From Nymphaea colorata (lineage: Eukaryota): a DNA stretch of 64,000 nucleotides. Below the pieces are notes generated by a model. It worked only from the letters and a program-made list of their open reading frames with translations, did not search any database and was not told the origin of the DNA. The stretch is taken from contig NC_045138.2 of NCBI RefSeq assembly GCF_008831285.2, positions 13,454,001-13,518,000 on the forward strand, given 5' to 3'. Position 1 is the stretch's first letter. The number at the start of each line of letters is the position of its first letter. Positions 1-11,445 of this stretch are shown piece after piece. Both the position numbers and the translations under genes were made by a program.

Positions 1-2380
1 AGAAACGAATCCCTTCAGTCTGATTTTATTCTGCGACCTGTTTGAGAGGAACGATTCTCTCACTGCTTAATGACCTTGGCGAAGGCATTTTTCCATTTTA
101 GGCGCGCTCAAAAAGGGGAAAGTGAAGTTCAACATGAAGTGATTTTATCGTTTGAATCTTATTGAACTCCCGTTTTCCGTTGGTCCTCTTTCATTTTTGG
201 GTTTACCATGAAACGTTATGGAGGGGCTTGCAAACCCAAATAATGAAGAACAAAAAGCAGAATAATCAACGAATTGGGGTCTCATGAGGACCAGCTTTCA
301 AGTGGTCCGTATTCATGGCTTCCAAGGACCACACTGTTGGACGTGTCTTGTCGACGATGCCTTCTGCATGCATGATTCCTGCCACTCTCTACTGGCAATG
401 GTTGGAAGCGCAGTTGCATCCAAAAGTTGAATGTTTTTAACCGTTGTTTCACGACATTAATTCCCCATGCATCAACAAAACGGAAGCCCGTTCTAGCTCC
501 GCACAGCACAGGGGCTGCACTCTTTTACTTTCTCGACGAGTCCAGGTCCCCACACACTTGAGAATGTCCCTTTCTTCTTGGAGCTCTTGCATCAAATCTT
601 GCTATAGTGATATGGTTTTCCTAAAGCTGTTACGATGTCCTAGATCCGGCTGGGACTTGGGGTCCAAAACAATAGAGACAAAAAGGAGGTGGTTATTCCG
701 CAACAGAGCAGACTCTTCAAAAGTAGATCCCTCTTTTAAGTACACAATATTTATGAGCATGTTACACGTTTCCCCTTTTCCTTGCAAGAAAAAAACTATG
801 AATTCTGATTCAAAATCTTCCGAAACAAGGAGGGAGTGCTTTTGCAAGGAAGTGTTGTTAAGCAGCAAGGACATATCCATTCAAAAGTTTCGTTCCTATT
901 TGATGCTACTGCTACTTGCATTGTGTTTGGAAATACTACGCCTCCGTTTTGAGTTGTCCATCTGGGAAGCATCATAAAAGTAGATACCCACGGAACTGTG
1001 CACATGAAACAGCCGAAATACTCGATCGGTCGAGCTTTTAAGCGTCTCTTTCCTCATCTCAATCAAAAGCTCTTTTCCAAATAATCACACCCCAAAAGGA
1101 TTGGAGAATGTTTGGGAGTAATGAACCCTTCCGCTTCAGTACTAATGTTGTGAAGGTGCCCAGCTGGAATAATGTATGGCCCTGGCCCATCGCATCATCG
1201 ACATAGGCAACAGTCTAGCTCCCACTTGACTGTAAACAAATAATGGCGGGCCACAGGGAGATAAAAGGCCAGAGAGGCAAGGGGGCTTTTGTCTGATTAT
1301 ATTTACCTACCTCCTGCGCTTTATATTTATCCTCTGATGGAGCTATGCATTGGATGTCACTACCAAACCCACTAACTGGGCATCGCGCCTGTCCTGGCCA
1401 GACAATTGAGAAGAGCGCGTTCTCCAGTAAAAAGAAGATTAGAAAAAAAATACATCTATTGACTTGCATGTATTTGTCAAACGGATTCTGCAACGCGCGT
1501 ATCCGAGGGAGCATGAGAGGCCGGATGTTTGGTCTTCATCCCAAGGTAGAAGAGATCGGGAAAAAACCTCAACAACTTCAAACCAAAAATAAATTACAGA
1601 AATACAGAAAGTTGGCTCACATCTCCAAAAAACTTTTTAGTTTTCTGAGCCCTCCCCACTTTTCTACGACCGAGATTGGAGAAAACTTTTGGGGATGAGC
1701 TTACATCACAAATGAAACTGCGGAGTTCCTTGTCTTTCGATGCACAAAAATGCTGCTCCTGTGAGAAGAAAATCCAGCCGAATTTGCTGAATTATTAAGA
1801 GAAGCAGCAAGCAGGCTCGCGATTTACCTTCTCTATGTTTGCAAATAATCCCAGGTCTTTTAAATTCATTCCTCCTTCCCGTAGAACAGAAATTAACCAA
1901 GTATCAATGTTTAAGAGAGTTTAACAATAATAAGGAAATAACTTAAGCATAACAATTTTGTTTGGTGTTTGCAAGGTTCGGCTGGCTCATATTTCTTGCT
2001 TCTTCCTTTTTTTTTTTTGAATTTGGGTCTTGAAAAAAATGCACTTGGGTCAAAACGCTATAAAGACTGGCCTTGTAAGGGCTTGTTTTTCTTCATGATG
2101 AATCTGTCTAAAAAGATTGAGATGGATTCGTAAAACACTAGTATATGAATCTACTCCTAAAATATCGCTTCATAAGACATTTGAAATAATTTGTTATGAC
2201 TATCAAACAAAATCTAAAAGGTCGTTCGACAACATGTACATTTCATAAATATCCTATGATTCTACCCCAACGATTATGATAGATTCAAGAAACTTAGTTG
2301 TAGTGTTTTATAAAAAAAAGTATCCCTTCCTCATCCTCAAAGCCAGTGCAGTTTTGAGGAGGTCGTGATCATAAACATGG

Positions 2381-2450
2381 CAACCCTAACACCACACACT
2401 AAGTGCTACAGGCACAACCCTAACACCACACACTTAAGTGCTACAGGCAC
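2381..2450. repeat. ~34-35 bp tandem duplication
   Basis: CAACCCTAACACCACACACT(T)AAGTGCTACAGGCA occurs twice head-to-tail; the copies differ by a 1-nt indel. Confidence 0.9.
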
Positions 2451-2984
2451 AGGATAGTTAACAGGTAGCCCACTTATTTTTGTGAGCAGCGGCTGCCTTT
2501 TACAAGCGATAGAATGACTTTCATTGGAGAGAGATAAATGAGGGTACAGGATGAAACACCCTTCTCCTCTAGCTAGGCATTGCAGCATGGCAAAAATACC
2601 GATCCATTCACCCCAATTTTTTCCACCTTGGCTTTTCCCTGTGTATGCCTGGCGTTGCCGGTCATGGTAGGTTATGACGGTGGAGGATTTCCCTGAAAAA
2701 TGATTACATGCTAGTCGTTAGATAGGAGTTTTTTGGCTGATGAACACTTGATCACCCAGCCAGCTTGGTGTGGGCACCGTATGTCTTCATCGTATCGTAG
2801 GCACACGTAGCTCCACTACTGCTGGCAAGGGAGATGGAGATAATTCTGCTAACATTATCAATAAAATTAGGATGACGTAGTAATTATTACTATGGAAAGT
2901 GAGCATGAAAAAGTAAAAGCCATCAGCAAAGGCGTTATAGCAGTAACGACGGAGCCGTTTTACAAAATGAATAGTCATAAAAGT

Positions 2985-4945
2985 TGTAAAATATATACTT
3001 TTGTCAAGGCTATTTGGCCTGCGCGGCACTCCTTCCTAACTCATTCTCAATGTAGTGGAAGCTTTCATCAATCCTATGAGGAGTGCTACGCACTCACACA
3101 CCATCACCCATGATTATCCCACATGTAGACCATCGGCAAACCGTGACCATGAGACTCTGTCAGAAAATCGTCATTCTTTTAAGCGCCTATCTACTTCTAT
3201 ACGAAACCTGGGTGAGAGTAGACTTTCGTTGGGAGGAAGTCCCCAACCGAAACCAATTGACGACTATATGTCATTAAGCAAGGCGACCAACTATCGCGTT
3301 ACTCGACGACGGGCATTCACTTACTCACTCCCGCGTGACTCTACGTAGTTGTTGACGCAACATATGCGTCCACCGAAGGAATTACCCCTAATCCACGTGT
3401 ACTCCCGTGCTCATCCAAACACTAAACGTAGGGAACCCATCTGATTCCCCAACGACGGACTTGCACTTCTAAAATGACTTATTTCCATGATGCACTTATA
3501 CGCTTCGTCGTTGCACCAACACGCTGCACATTACAAGTGCATTGCTTTATGCTTGGCTTAGTGTTCGATTGGATCCCACATGCTTCCTGAGCAATGCTCA
3601 AACTGACCAAGCAGCATCCCATACTGTTGACTTGGCCGGGCCAAACATAGTCGGCCCGCAACATTTTCTCACCACCACAACATTTTCTCACCACCAAATC
3701 GTCACTGTCCTTAGTGACTTACCCTAGGTGAGAGAAATTCTGCAGCCATCCCCTTCATTTCCTTCAATTGAGCCGACATTCATTGGACTGACGCACCCGC
3801 CACATCGCGGCTACCTGCCTTATCGAGTGTTTTGCCTCTAGTCCAACCTTAGTTTATTCTCATTTTTCTGTCATTGTTTGCACTTTTCCTTAATAAAATC
3901 CGAAATATATCTGACGACCATTAAGTCTCAAATTCCCAAGATGTGTTGCCAACCTGCACTCTACATGCTCATTTCCTTGAGTATGTCAACATTAAGGGCC
4001 CATGTCCTCCTGGACAATCCTTTTTTTACGTCGGGCCTCTAACTTTATCTGCCTCAGCGAGTGGCTCTCCTGGCCTTTCTGTTCCTGACACCTAGATACC
4101 ATCTTCGAAACGTGTGATCTTCATCTGACCAACACCAGCGCAGTCACTTGAACCAGTGTCCGACGAACATGCCCAAACTATGGAGCACCAACAACAAACC
4201 AACGTTTTTCAAGACCACTTGTTGATTATATTTTTGCAATGTTCTCATCTTTCAAGTTCTTTTCGAGAAATCATTATGCTCTGATACCACTTTGTCATAG
4301 ACTGACTTTTTCAAGCCTATTTGGCCCACGCGGCACCGAAGGTTTCCCAAGCCTTCGGCCAGCATGTTTCATTATCAATATAGTGGAAGCTTTCATCAAT
4401 CTCCTGAAACCGTGGACTAGATGAGAAGTGCTACGCACTCGGTACACCATCACCAAGGATTATCCCACATGTAGACCATCGGCAAGCCGTTGTCATGAGA
4501 CCCTATCAAAACATCGCCATTCCTCCAAGCGTCTATCTACTTCCATACGAAACCTGGATGTGGGTAGACTTCCTTTTAGAGGAAGTCCCAAGCTGTAGCC
4601 AGTTCACGACTACATGTTATTAAGCAAAGCATCCGACCATCACCCTACTCGACGATGAGCATCTACTTACTCGCCCCCGCGTGCAGTTGTGGACGCAACA
4701 TATGTGTTCACTAGGAGAATTGCCCCTAACCCACACGCACCCCATGCTCATCCAAATGCTATGCATGGGGAACTCATCCGATTCACTAACGATGAACTTG
4801 TACTTTCAAAGGGACTGATGACCATGATGCTGCACCACTACGCTGCACATTCCAAGTGTATTGATTTTTGTTTGACTTAGCGTTCGATTGGATCCCGCAT
4901 GCTTCCCGAGCAATGCCCAAACTGACCAAGCAGCATCCCATACTA
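2985..4945 (-). mobile_element. Degenerate non-autonomous LTR retrotransposon (two ~650-680 bp LTRs, ~630 bp internal region)
   Basis: Diverged direct repeats at ~2985-3663 and 4293-~4945. GCTCTGATACCA at 4278-4289 is the minus-strand tRNA-iMet PBS TGGTATCAGAGC, 3 nt from an LTR end (minus-strand ...TGACA). Minus-strand purine tract TGGTGGTGAGAAAA (3664-3677) directly precedes the TGTTG start of the other LTR. No intact gag/pol ORF. Confidence 0.85.
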
Positions 4946-5676
4946 CAAAATCAATGAGTGGATTTATGTTAATGAGAAAATAAACAAGTCATCTGCACGA
5001 TTGATTCTTTATTCAAGGGGTCAATAAAGGCGTTGGGTGGTAAAAAAACACGTTTTTTTTATCTCAGTTTTTTAATTTTTTTCAATAGTAATAGGCTTGC
5101 ACTCGGGCATTATTAAAGGGTAGACTAAGCATGTCGCAGTTTTGAATCTTTTGAGGGCCAAAAGCTCCTGGTTTTCAATTCTCTCTTTAAGAATTGACAA
5201 AACGGAACTGATCTACATGACCTTTTTCTAAAGCATGAACCTAAATTTGAACGATCCAATTGTAACAAGCAAGCTATTCAGAGAACGTTTCAAGAGCACA
5301 AATTCTCATAGTTTCCAAGGACTAGTTTCTTGCAAAATCACGAGCAAATTAACAGTTAATGGGTCGTTTGTCATGTCACCCACTGACCGACCATTTCCAA
5401 TAGAAGAAGCTAGAGGTTAAATTTGCTTGACAAAAGGTCGCTTTGAGTGGCGACTGACCTCAAATGGAATGACATACCAGTTCTGCTACAATCCTCTGAA
5501 GGGTTGTTTGCTTACGAAGTTTAACGTGGGTGTCGGACAGAGAAGAGCCTGCCGAAGCTCTTGAACAAGTGCAGCGGGAGTGCATGGCCACAACCGATTG
5601 GCTTGATGGGAGTGCACTCATCATCAGCTACCCTTAAACGGGCCAGCTTACGGAGACGGGCGTTCTCTCTCCGTCA

Positions 5677-5962
5677 AAACCGGGGCGGGAGGGGAGGGGG
5701 TCCATTACTGGCGGCTCCGCCGGGCCGCCAGGCTCAGCAGAGCGCAGAAACCACCACCGACGACGTAGCGAAACCATGGGACATCGAGCGGAAACCGCCG
5801 GCCCCTGCCCACGATACAAGATGCGGGAGGGCCTTGATTGGCCCTCGCTCCGATGCCACGTCATTGGCCTGCGGCCCTTCGACGATCTCGATGCCCCTCT
5901 GCCCATCGCTCCACCCTCCCCCATGCTGGTTGCCGCTGCTGTTGGGTGTCCACCTTTATATA
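5677..5962 (+). promoter_or_regulatory. GC-rich aldolase promoter (TATA, CCAAT, ABRE/G-box-like, DRE and ARE-like motifs)
   Basis: TTTATATA at ~5955-5962, GATTGG at ~5835, GCCACGTCA at ~5855-5863, ACCGAC at 5756-5761, and AAACC(A/G) at 5677, 5748, 5771 and 5792. Confidence 0.55.
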
Positions 5963-6064
5963 CGGACTCACTCTCTTTTCCCCTCATCCCCGTCTTCTTC
6001 TCTGAGTCTCACATCCTCGCTCACTTTTCCTTTCCATTTCGGTGCTTAATCGCTCTCGCTCAGG

Positions 6065-7346
6065 ATGTCTGCATACCGCGGGAAGTACGCCGGTACGTCC
6101 CTATACCCCGCTCTCTCTCTCGCTCGTTTTTACTTTACCTTTCTCTCTTTTTATCCTGGAGTTGTTCGATTCAGTTCTTCTGAATCTAGTGATTGCTGAT
6201 CGATCTGCCTGTCCTCACTCTAGCTTCTCGTGAGTTGCTGCTTGACGAGCTTATTGGGTTTCATCTAATTCATGGCCCCCTTTTTATTTGGTTTCAGATG
6301 AGCTCATTGCCAACGCGGCCTACATTGGCACCCCAGGAAAGGGTATTCTTGCGGCCGACGAGAGCACGGGAACGATCGGCAAGCGGCTTGCCAGCATCAA
6401 CGTTGAGAACGTCGAGTCGAACCGCCGCGCTCTCCGGGAGCTCCTCTTCTGCACCCCCGGCGCACTCCAGTACCTGAGCGGCGTCATCCTCTTCGAGGAG
6501 ACTCTCTACCAGAAGACCGCCTCGGGCAAGCCCTTCGTCGAGGTCCTCAAGGAAGGCGGAGTCCTCCCTGGCATCAAGGTCGACAAGGGCACCGTCGAGC
6601 TCGCCGGCACAAACGGCGAGACCACCACTCAGGGCCTCGACGGCCTCGGCAAGAGGTGTGCCGAGTACTACAAGGCCGGCGCTCGCTTCGCCAAGTGGAG
6701 GGCCGTTCTCAAGATCGGACCCAATGAGCCCTCTGAGCTTGCCATTCAGGAGAACGCTAATGGCCTTGCTCGCTACGCCATGATCTGCCAGGAGAATGGC
6801 CTTGTTCCCATCGTCGAGCCTGAGATCCTGGTCGACGGTGCTCACGACATCGACCGCTGCGCTGACGTGACCGAGCGCGTCCTCGCCGCCTGCTACAAGG
6901 CGCTGAACGACCACCATGTCCTCCTCGAGGGCTCCCTCCTCAAGCCCAACATGGTCACCCCGGGCTCCGACGCACCCAAGGTTTCGCCGCAGATGGTGGC
7001 TGAATACACCGTCCGAGCACTCCAGAGAACCGTCCCTGCCGCTGTCCCCGCCATCGTCTTCCTCTCAGGTGGCCAAAGCGAGGAAGAGGCCACCCTCAAC
7101 CTGAACGCCATGAACCAGCTCAACACCAAGAAGATGTGGACTTTGTCCTTCTCCTTCGGTAGGGCCCTGCAGCAGAGTACACTCAAGAAGTGGCAGGGGA
7201 AGGAGGATAACGTCGAGGCTGCTCAGGCGGCCTTCCTGTCCAGGTGCAAGGCCAACTCGGAGGCGACCTTGGGTGCATATAAGGGCGATGCTGCTTTGGG
7301 AGAAGGCGTTTCTGAGAGTCTGCACGTTAAGAACTACAAGTACTAA
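6065..7346 (+). CDS. FBA: Fructose-bisphosphate aldolase, cytosolic class I (358 aa; exons 6065-6092, 6298-7346)
   Basis: Exon 1 MSAYRGKYA joins across a GT-AG intron in phase to [23 protein letters not shown]. Contains LLKPNMV (Schiff-base Lys) and C-terminal NYKY. No transit peptide. Spliced length 1077 nt = 359 codons. Confidence 0.97.
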
Positions 7347-9010
7347 GAAAGCATGGTAGTCGGGAAGGCAGGGAGAAGATTTTGTCTTCCCGTTTTCCTC
7401 TCTTTTCGAGTGTAGGTGGTAGTCGATCATAAGGATGAGGCGGAGCTTGCTTTCCAGGAGGTGCTCTTGTGTGTTTTCCCCTTTTTTTCAGTATTGTAGG
7501 GGGAGGATTTTGTTTCTTTTCTATGAGGTTTTGTTTGATGTTGTCGACAAAAAGGCTTCCATGGATTATGAACAAATCTGCGAGTGATGAGTTTTTGTTG
7601 GACTTTGTGATTAATGAAGTTGCTTTTGTTTTATTTCCTGTCTTGTTCCTTTCTCCTGTTTCTACGAGACCGCTTCTGTATTTTCCCTCCGCCGTTGCTT
7701 AAATGCAGGCTCAGTTCATATTCATTTTTACGTCTTCTTTTATCTTTTTCTTCAGGTTTTGAACTGAAAGGTTTTGAGTTCCTTAGCATCTGTTTGTAAT
7801 TATTTGACTATAACATGAACATGATTCAGAATTAGCCATTCACAGTAATTAAAGCTATATGTACTTGAACAAAATTGCTAGGACCTAATATGGTTGCCAA
7901 ACATAACTTCAAAGCCTGAAAGATCCAACAAACCTTAACCAAATGATGCTGCACTTTCGATGCCAAAAAAGGTTAATATACAGTTGTTGAACCAACTCAT
8001 GAACCAAAAACTGCGAAACCATGGTGTACAGATCAAACTGATGTGAAGCTCGCCAATGTTGACTTTTGGTTGCTCCAAATTCGCAACTCCGTTTTGGGTT
8101 AGACGTTTCTTGCCTCTCACAAGGTGAAGTAATCACGCAAGAATTGCAGTGCAGTCCGCTCTAGGCCACGGGACTCTGCCTTCATAGCCTACCAGCCTCT
8201 GGAAGAAGAATCAGTATGCCCTCACTGAACGCGGTTTCAGAGCACATGAACCTTGAGCTGTTTACTCTTGGGCACGCAAACAGATAATTTCCATGACTTG
8301 CTTTCTACGGTGGTTATCAATTACAGAAGGCGTAAACTAGTCTGTTGTAGAGTGATCAAGAGGACAACTTGCTCAGCAGCAGCGGAGTCAGGCACTTGCA
8401 GCATGTGTGTGACTAATCAATCGCTGCAATGCTCAGACGGACTTCCTGAATCAACAACTCTAATACCATTTCCACGCGACATTATCTATATCTACCCAAC
8501 TCTTTGACAGAATTAAGTAACGACCCCCACCCAAAATATTCATATGCTAATGGTCTCTTGCTCAGATCCTCAAGTGCTGCACAAGCAAGCGCCTGCTCAT
8601 CTTTGTTGTAGACTGACAGGAACCACACTGGTGGCTGATTCCACTTTAAACTCTCTCTCTCCCCCCAAAACTAGAGTCGAAGAGACACGAGGTAATAAAA
8701 TATGCACGAAAGGAGAAATCAGAAACCATTAAGCAGAAATCTGGTGTCCCTGAAGTAACAGAAGGAGGTTCCTATCGTGTTTCCACAATTTGACATTTAA
8801 TGCACGGTATTCTTTGCAAAGTAATCATAAGACATAAAAGTAAGAAGCGTATTATAACCGTAGAGTTAAACAAGTGTAGTCGTCTGGACCCCGTCATCAT
8901 TCATCCAGAGCTCGCATAGAGACTAAGAAACTAAAGTTGCAGAAACGAAAAATCTACTTACAAGGACATGGAAACGAAAGCATCTCCGTGACAACTGCTA
9001 GCTTGGGAAC

Positions 9011-9769
9011 TCAAAACAGCAGCATAGGCAACAGGGTCATTATAACTATAAGAAATGCGACAGCAGATCCAGCTTCCACATGATGCTTACGAGCACCTCC
9101 AGAAAATATCTGGTTTTCTGCGTTAAATAAAAGACGGACTCTCGTTATATTTGTGAGGTGCTTCGTGTCCAAAAAGATTAAACATGATCTAAGCAACCAT
9201 AGTTGATCTCAATCAACAACTGCTTTAGATGAAAAGCGATTTGCATAAATGTACTGTGAAGAAGATGAGGAGGATTGATGGTGAAACGGAAACTTACTGC
9301 ATCTCTTTGGGTAGCAAATGCATCTGAGCCCTATGCCACAATTTCCGTGGGGCTTCGTGCACTCCTCGCACACATTCGGAAGGTGAGTGGGCACGGTGAA
9401 GGAACTTACTTCCCCGAACTTCAGCTCCCAAACCCCGCTTTTTGGTTTCCCCTGCTCCAAAGGGTACTTGCCCAATCCTAAGCTCTCAGCGTCGTAGTCG
9501 ATTGCTGATACATGAAAGACGCCTTTGTCGATAAGGACTAGATAGAGGTTCTGGTCGTGGCAGACAAGGACATGTGATGGAGATGAAGAGGAGCAATTCC
9601 TTTCAAGAGCAAAGGGGTGCTTCACAGTGAGGTTTCCACACAGCCTTGGCCGACAGAGCTTGCCAACGACTGAAGAAGAAGAAGAAGAAGAAGAAGAGGG
9701 GATTAGGAGATGGAGGATGAAGAAGAAGAAGAAGAAGAAGAAGAAGAAGAAGGTTTTGTGTCTGAACAT
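9011..9769 (-). CDS. Small secreted Cys-rich GUB_WAK-like protein without kinase (192 aa; exons 9769-9298, 9117-9011)
   Basis: Hydrophobic N-terminus, then CRPRLCGNLTVKHPF...C...SAIDY (GUB_WAK-like) and CEECTKPHGNCGIGLRCICYPKRC. A phase-1 GT-AG intron joins in frame to a hydrophobic C-terminal tail (GPI-signal or TM-like). Confidence 0.8.
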
Positions 9770-10264
9770 CCTGCTGGGAGGGATGAAGATGTCCTTGATT
9801 TAGCACAGGTGCTCTCCCTTTGTTTTGTTTTGTTTTGTTCTTTTCACCGAAAGATTCCGCTATTATTTGTTCCTCTTTTTTTTCTTGCATTATTAAGCCT
9901 TTTTTTCGTCTGTTGGCAGACCGCAGCTATACATCTTCGTGTCAAGGTTTGAGTGCCACCGAAAAGCTGCTTAGGCTGATGATTAGCGGCACCATAGCAA
10001 GAGGAACGCCCCGTAAAAAGTGCTACGTGAAACGGTTAGCCACCCAAGTAAAAAGCCCCTCTCCCACAAGCGACGATTCTCACAGGGTCCCTGTAGTGGT
10101 GCCTTCCATGGATGCAAGTTGTCAGATGTGGATGGGCATTGGGGCAGTGTGCAACCACCAACAGCTTCCACTTCTTTTTGGCTCCTCGAAGTGGAAAAAC
10201 ATGTCATTTTGTTTTAATTAATAATTTATGCAGGAAATTGACAATTGGTGCTCTCTCTCTCTCT

Positions 10265-10267
<3 letters not shown>

Positions 10268-10321
<54 letters not shown>
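10268..10321. repeat. (TA)n microsatellite
   Basis: Uninterrupted TA run preceded by (CT)n. Confidence 0.95.
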
Positions 10322-10322
<1 letters not shown>

Positions 10323-11367
10323 CTGTTGATGTTTGAACCTTGGTTAGAAGCTCATCATAGACATGTCATTTGTTTCCATTTATTCACAGGTAACGTCATC
10401 TTAGTTGATAAATTTCAAACTTTATAAACTAATTGGACAACTTAAGAGAGTTAAGATGGATGAATCTGTCAGTAGCAAGAAAGCAAAGATGAATTACTAG
10501 TAAAGCCAGTAATAATCGTGAACCTTCGTCGTTTCTTTTTCCCTTATCAGTAGTTTATTAATTCGTTGTCAATCTTACGTAGCAAAAAACATAACTGAAT
10601 GTATTCGTTTAGCAGTTGATGGCTTAGATACTTGCATCAATGACGTTCTTGAAGTGAAACCTTTTGGGTTAGGTGAAACTAACCCCCTCACCATGGTAAC
10701 TGCAAATGGAAGAGATATTAGTTGTGGGTGTGCTTGCATGTTGTCTCAAAACAAGTGAAAGACAAAAATTCCCTCCTTGCTAAGCTCCCTCTTTCCACAG
10801 GCGGTCATGGATTAGACGGACAGGTTTTTCTTGACTGAAGAATAAAACAGATGTTCTTCTCAAGAAGTAACGAAAAAAATGGTAGTTTGCAGGTGTTCCA
10901 GAAATTGTCAAAAAGGAGATTCGAGTATAGTAGATATCCTCTGCTTGAGTGCTCCCATTTTCACCAGCAGAGTTCTCTTTTTTAGCCTGCGCAAATGAAG
11001 ACCTAAAAAAAGCATATAAGAGAGAAGAACTCATTAGCGTAGGGTTCATAACTCTCGGGCCATAAGCAGCAGAAAGGACTGTGTCACTCAGCGTGACCTT
11101 CCCAACGTGAAACACCAGCAGAATGACTACATGCGTCCACCGAGCCAGCCACCTACTCCAAACTCCGCTGTCCATGTAAAGAGATATTTATGGCAAGTGA
11201 AGACCCACTACCAGAAACAATCTGGATCAGAAGAAGATGCCCTTTTGCATGTTCCTAAGCTGTGGACTGCACAATTCTGCGCAGTGGTCGTTATTGGTTC
11301 ATGAGATCATGCAAGAGTGCCCCCTTCAGTATGCAATAATTCTCAGAAAGAGTCTTAAATTCCATTG

Positions 11368-11445
11368 TATTGACAAATATTTAGATGTTGGGACTAATGC
11401 AAAATGATATTGACAAATATTTAGATGTTGGGACTAATGCAAATG
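11368..11445. repeat. 40 bp tandem duplication
   Basis: TATTGACAAATATTTAGATGTTGGGACTAATGCAAA repeated with period 40. Confidence 0.9.

Noticed and set aside
282..1005. ORFs of 70-177 aa with faint resemblance to transposon proteins (LFVSIVLDPK hAT-like; VVKQRLKTFNFWMQL LINE ORF1-like)
   Set aside because: The hints point to different families and are broken by stops. A BLASTX/HMM search is needed before any call.
5561..6183. ORFs of 117-162 aa upstream of aldolase
   Set aside because: By-products of a GC-rich promoter and 5'UTR, with no protein motifs.
6294..7430. Antisense ORFs over aldolase (up to 207 aa)
   Set aside because: Shadow ORFs expected from high GC3.
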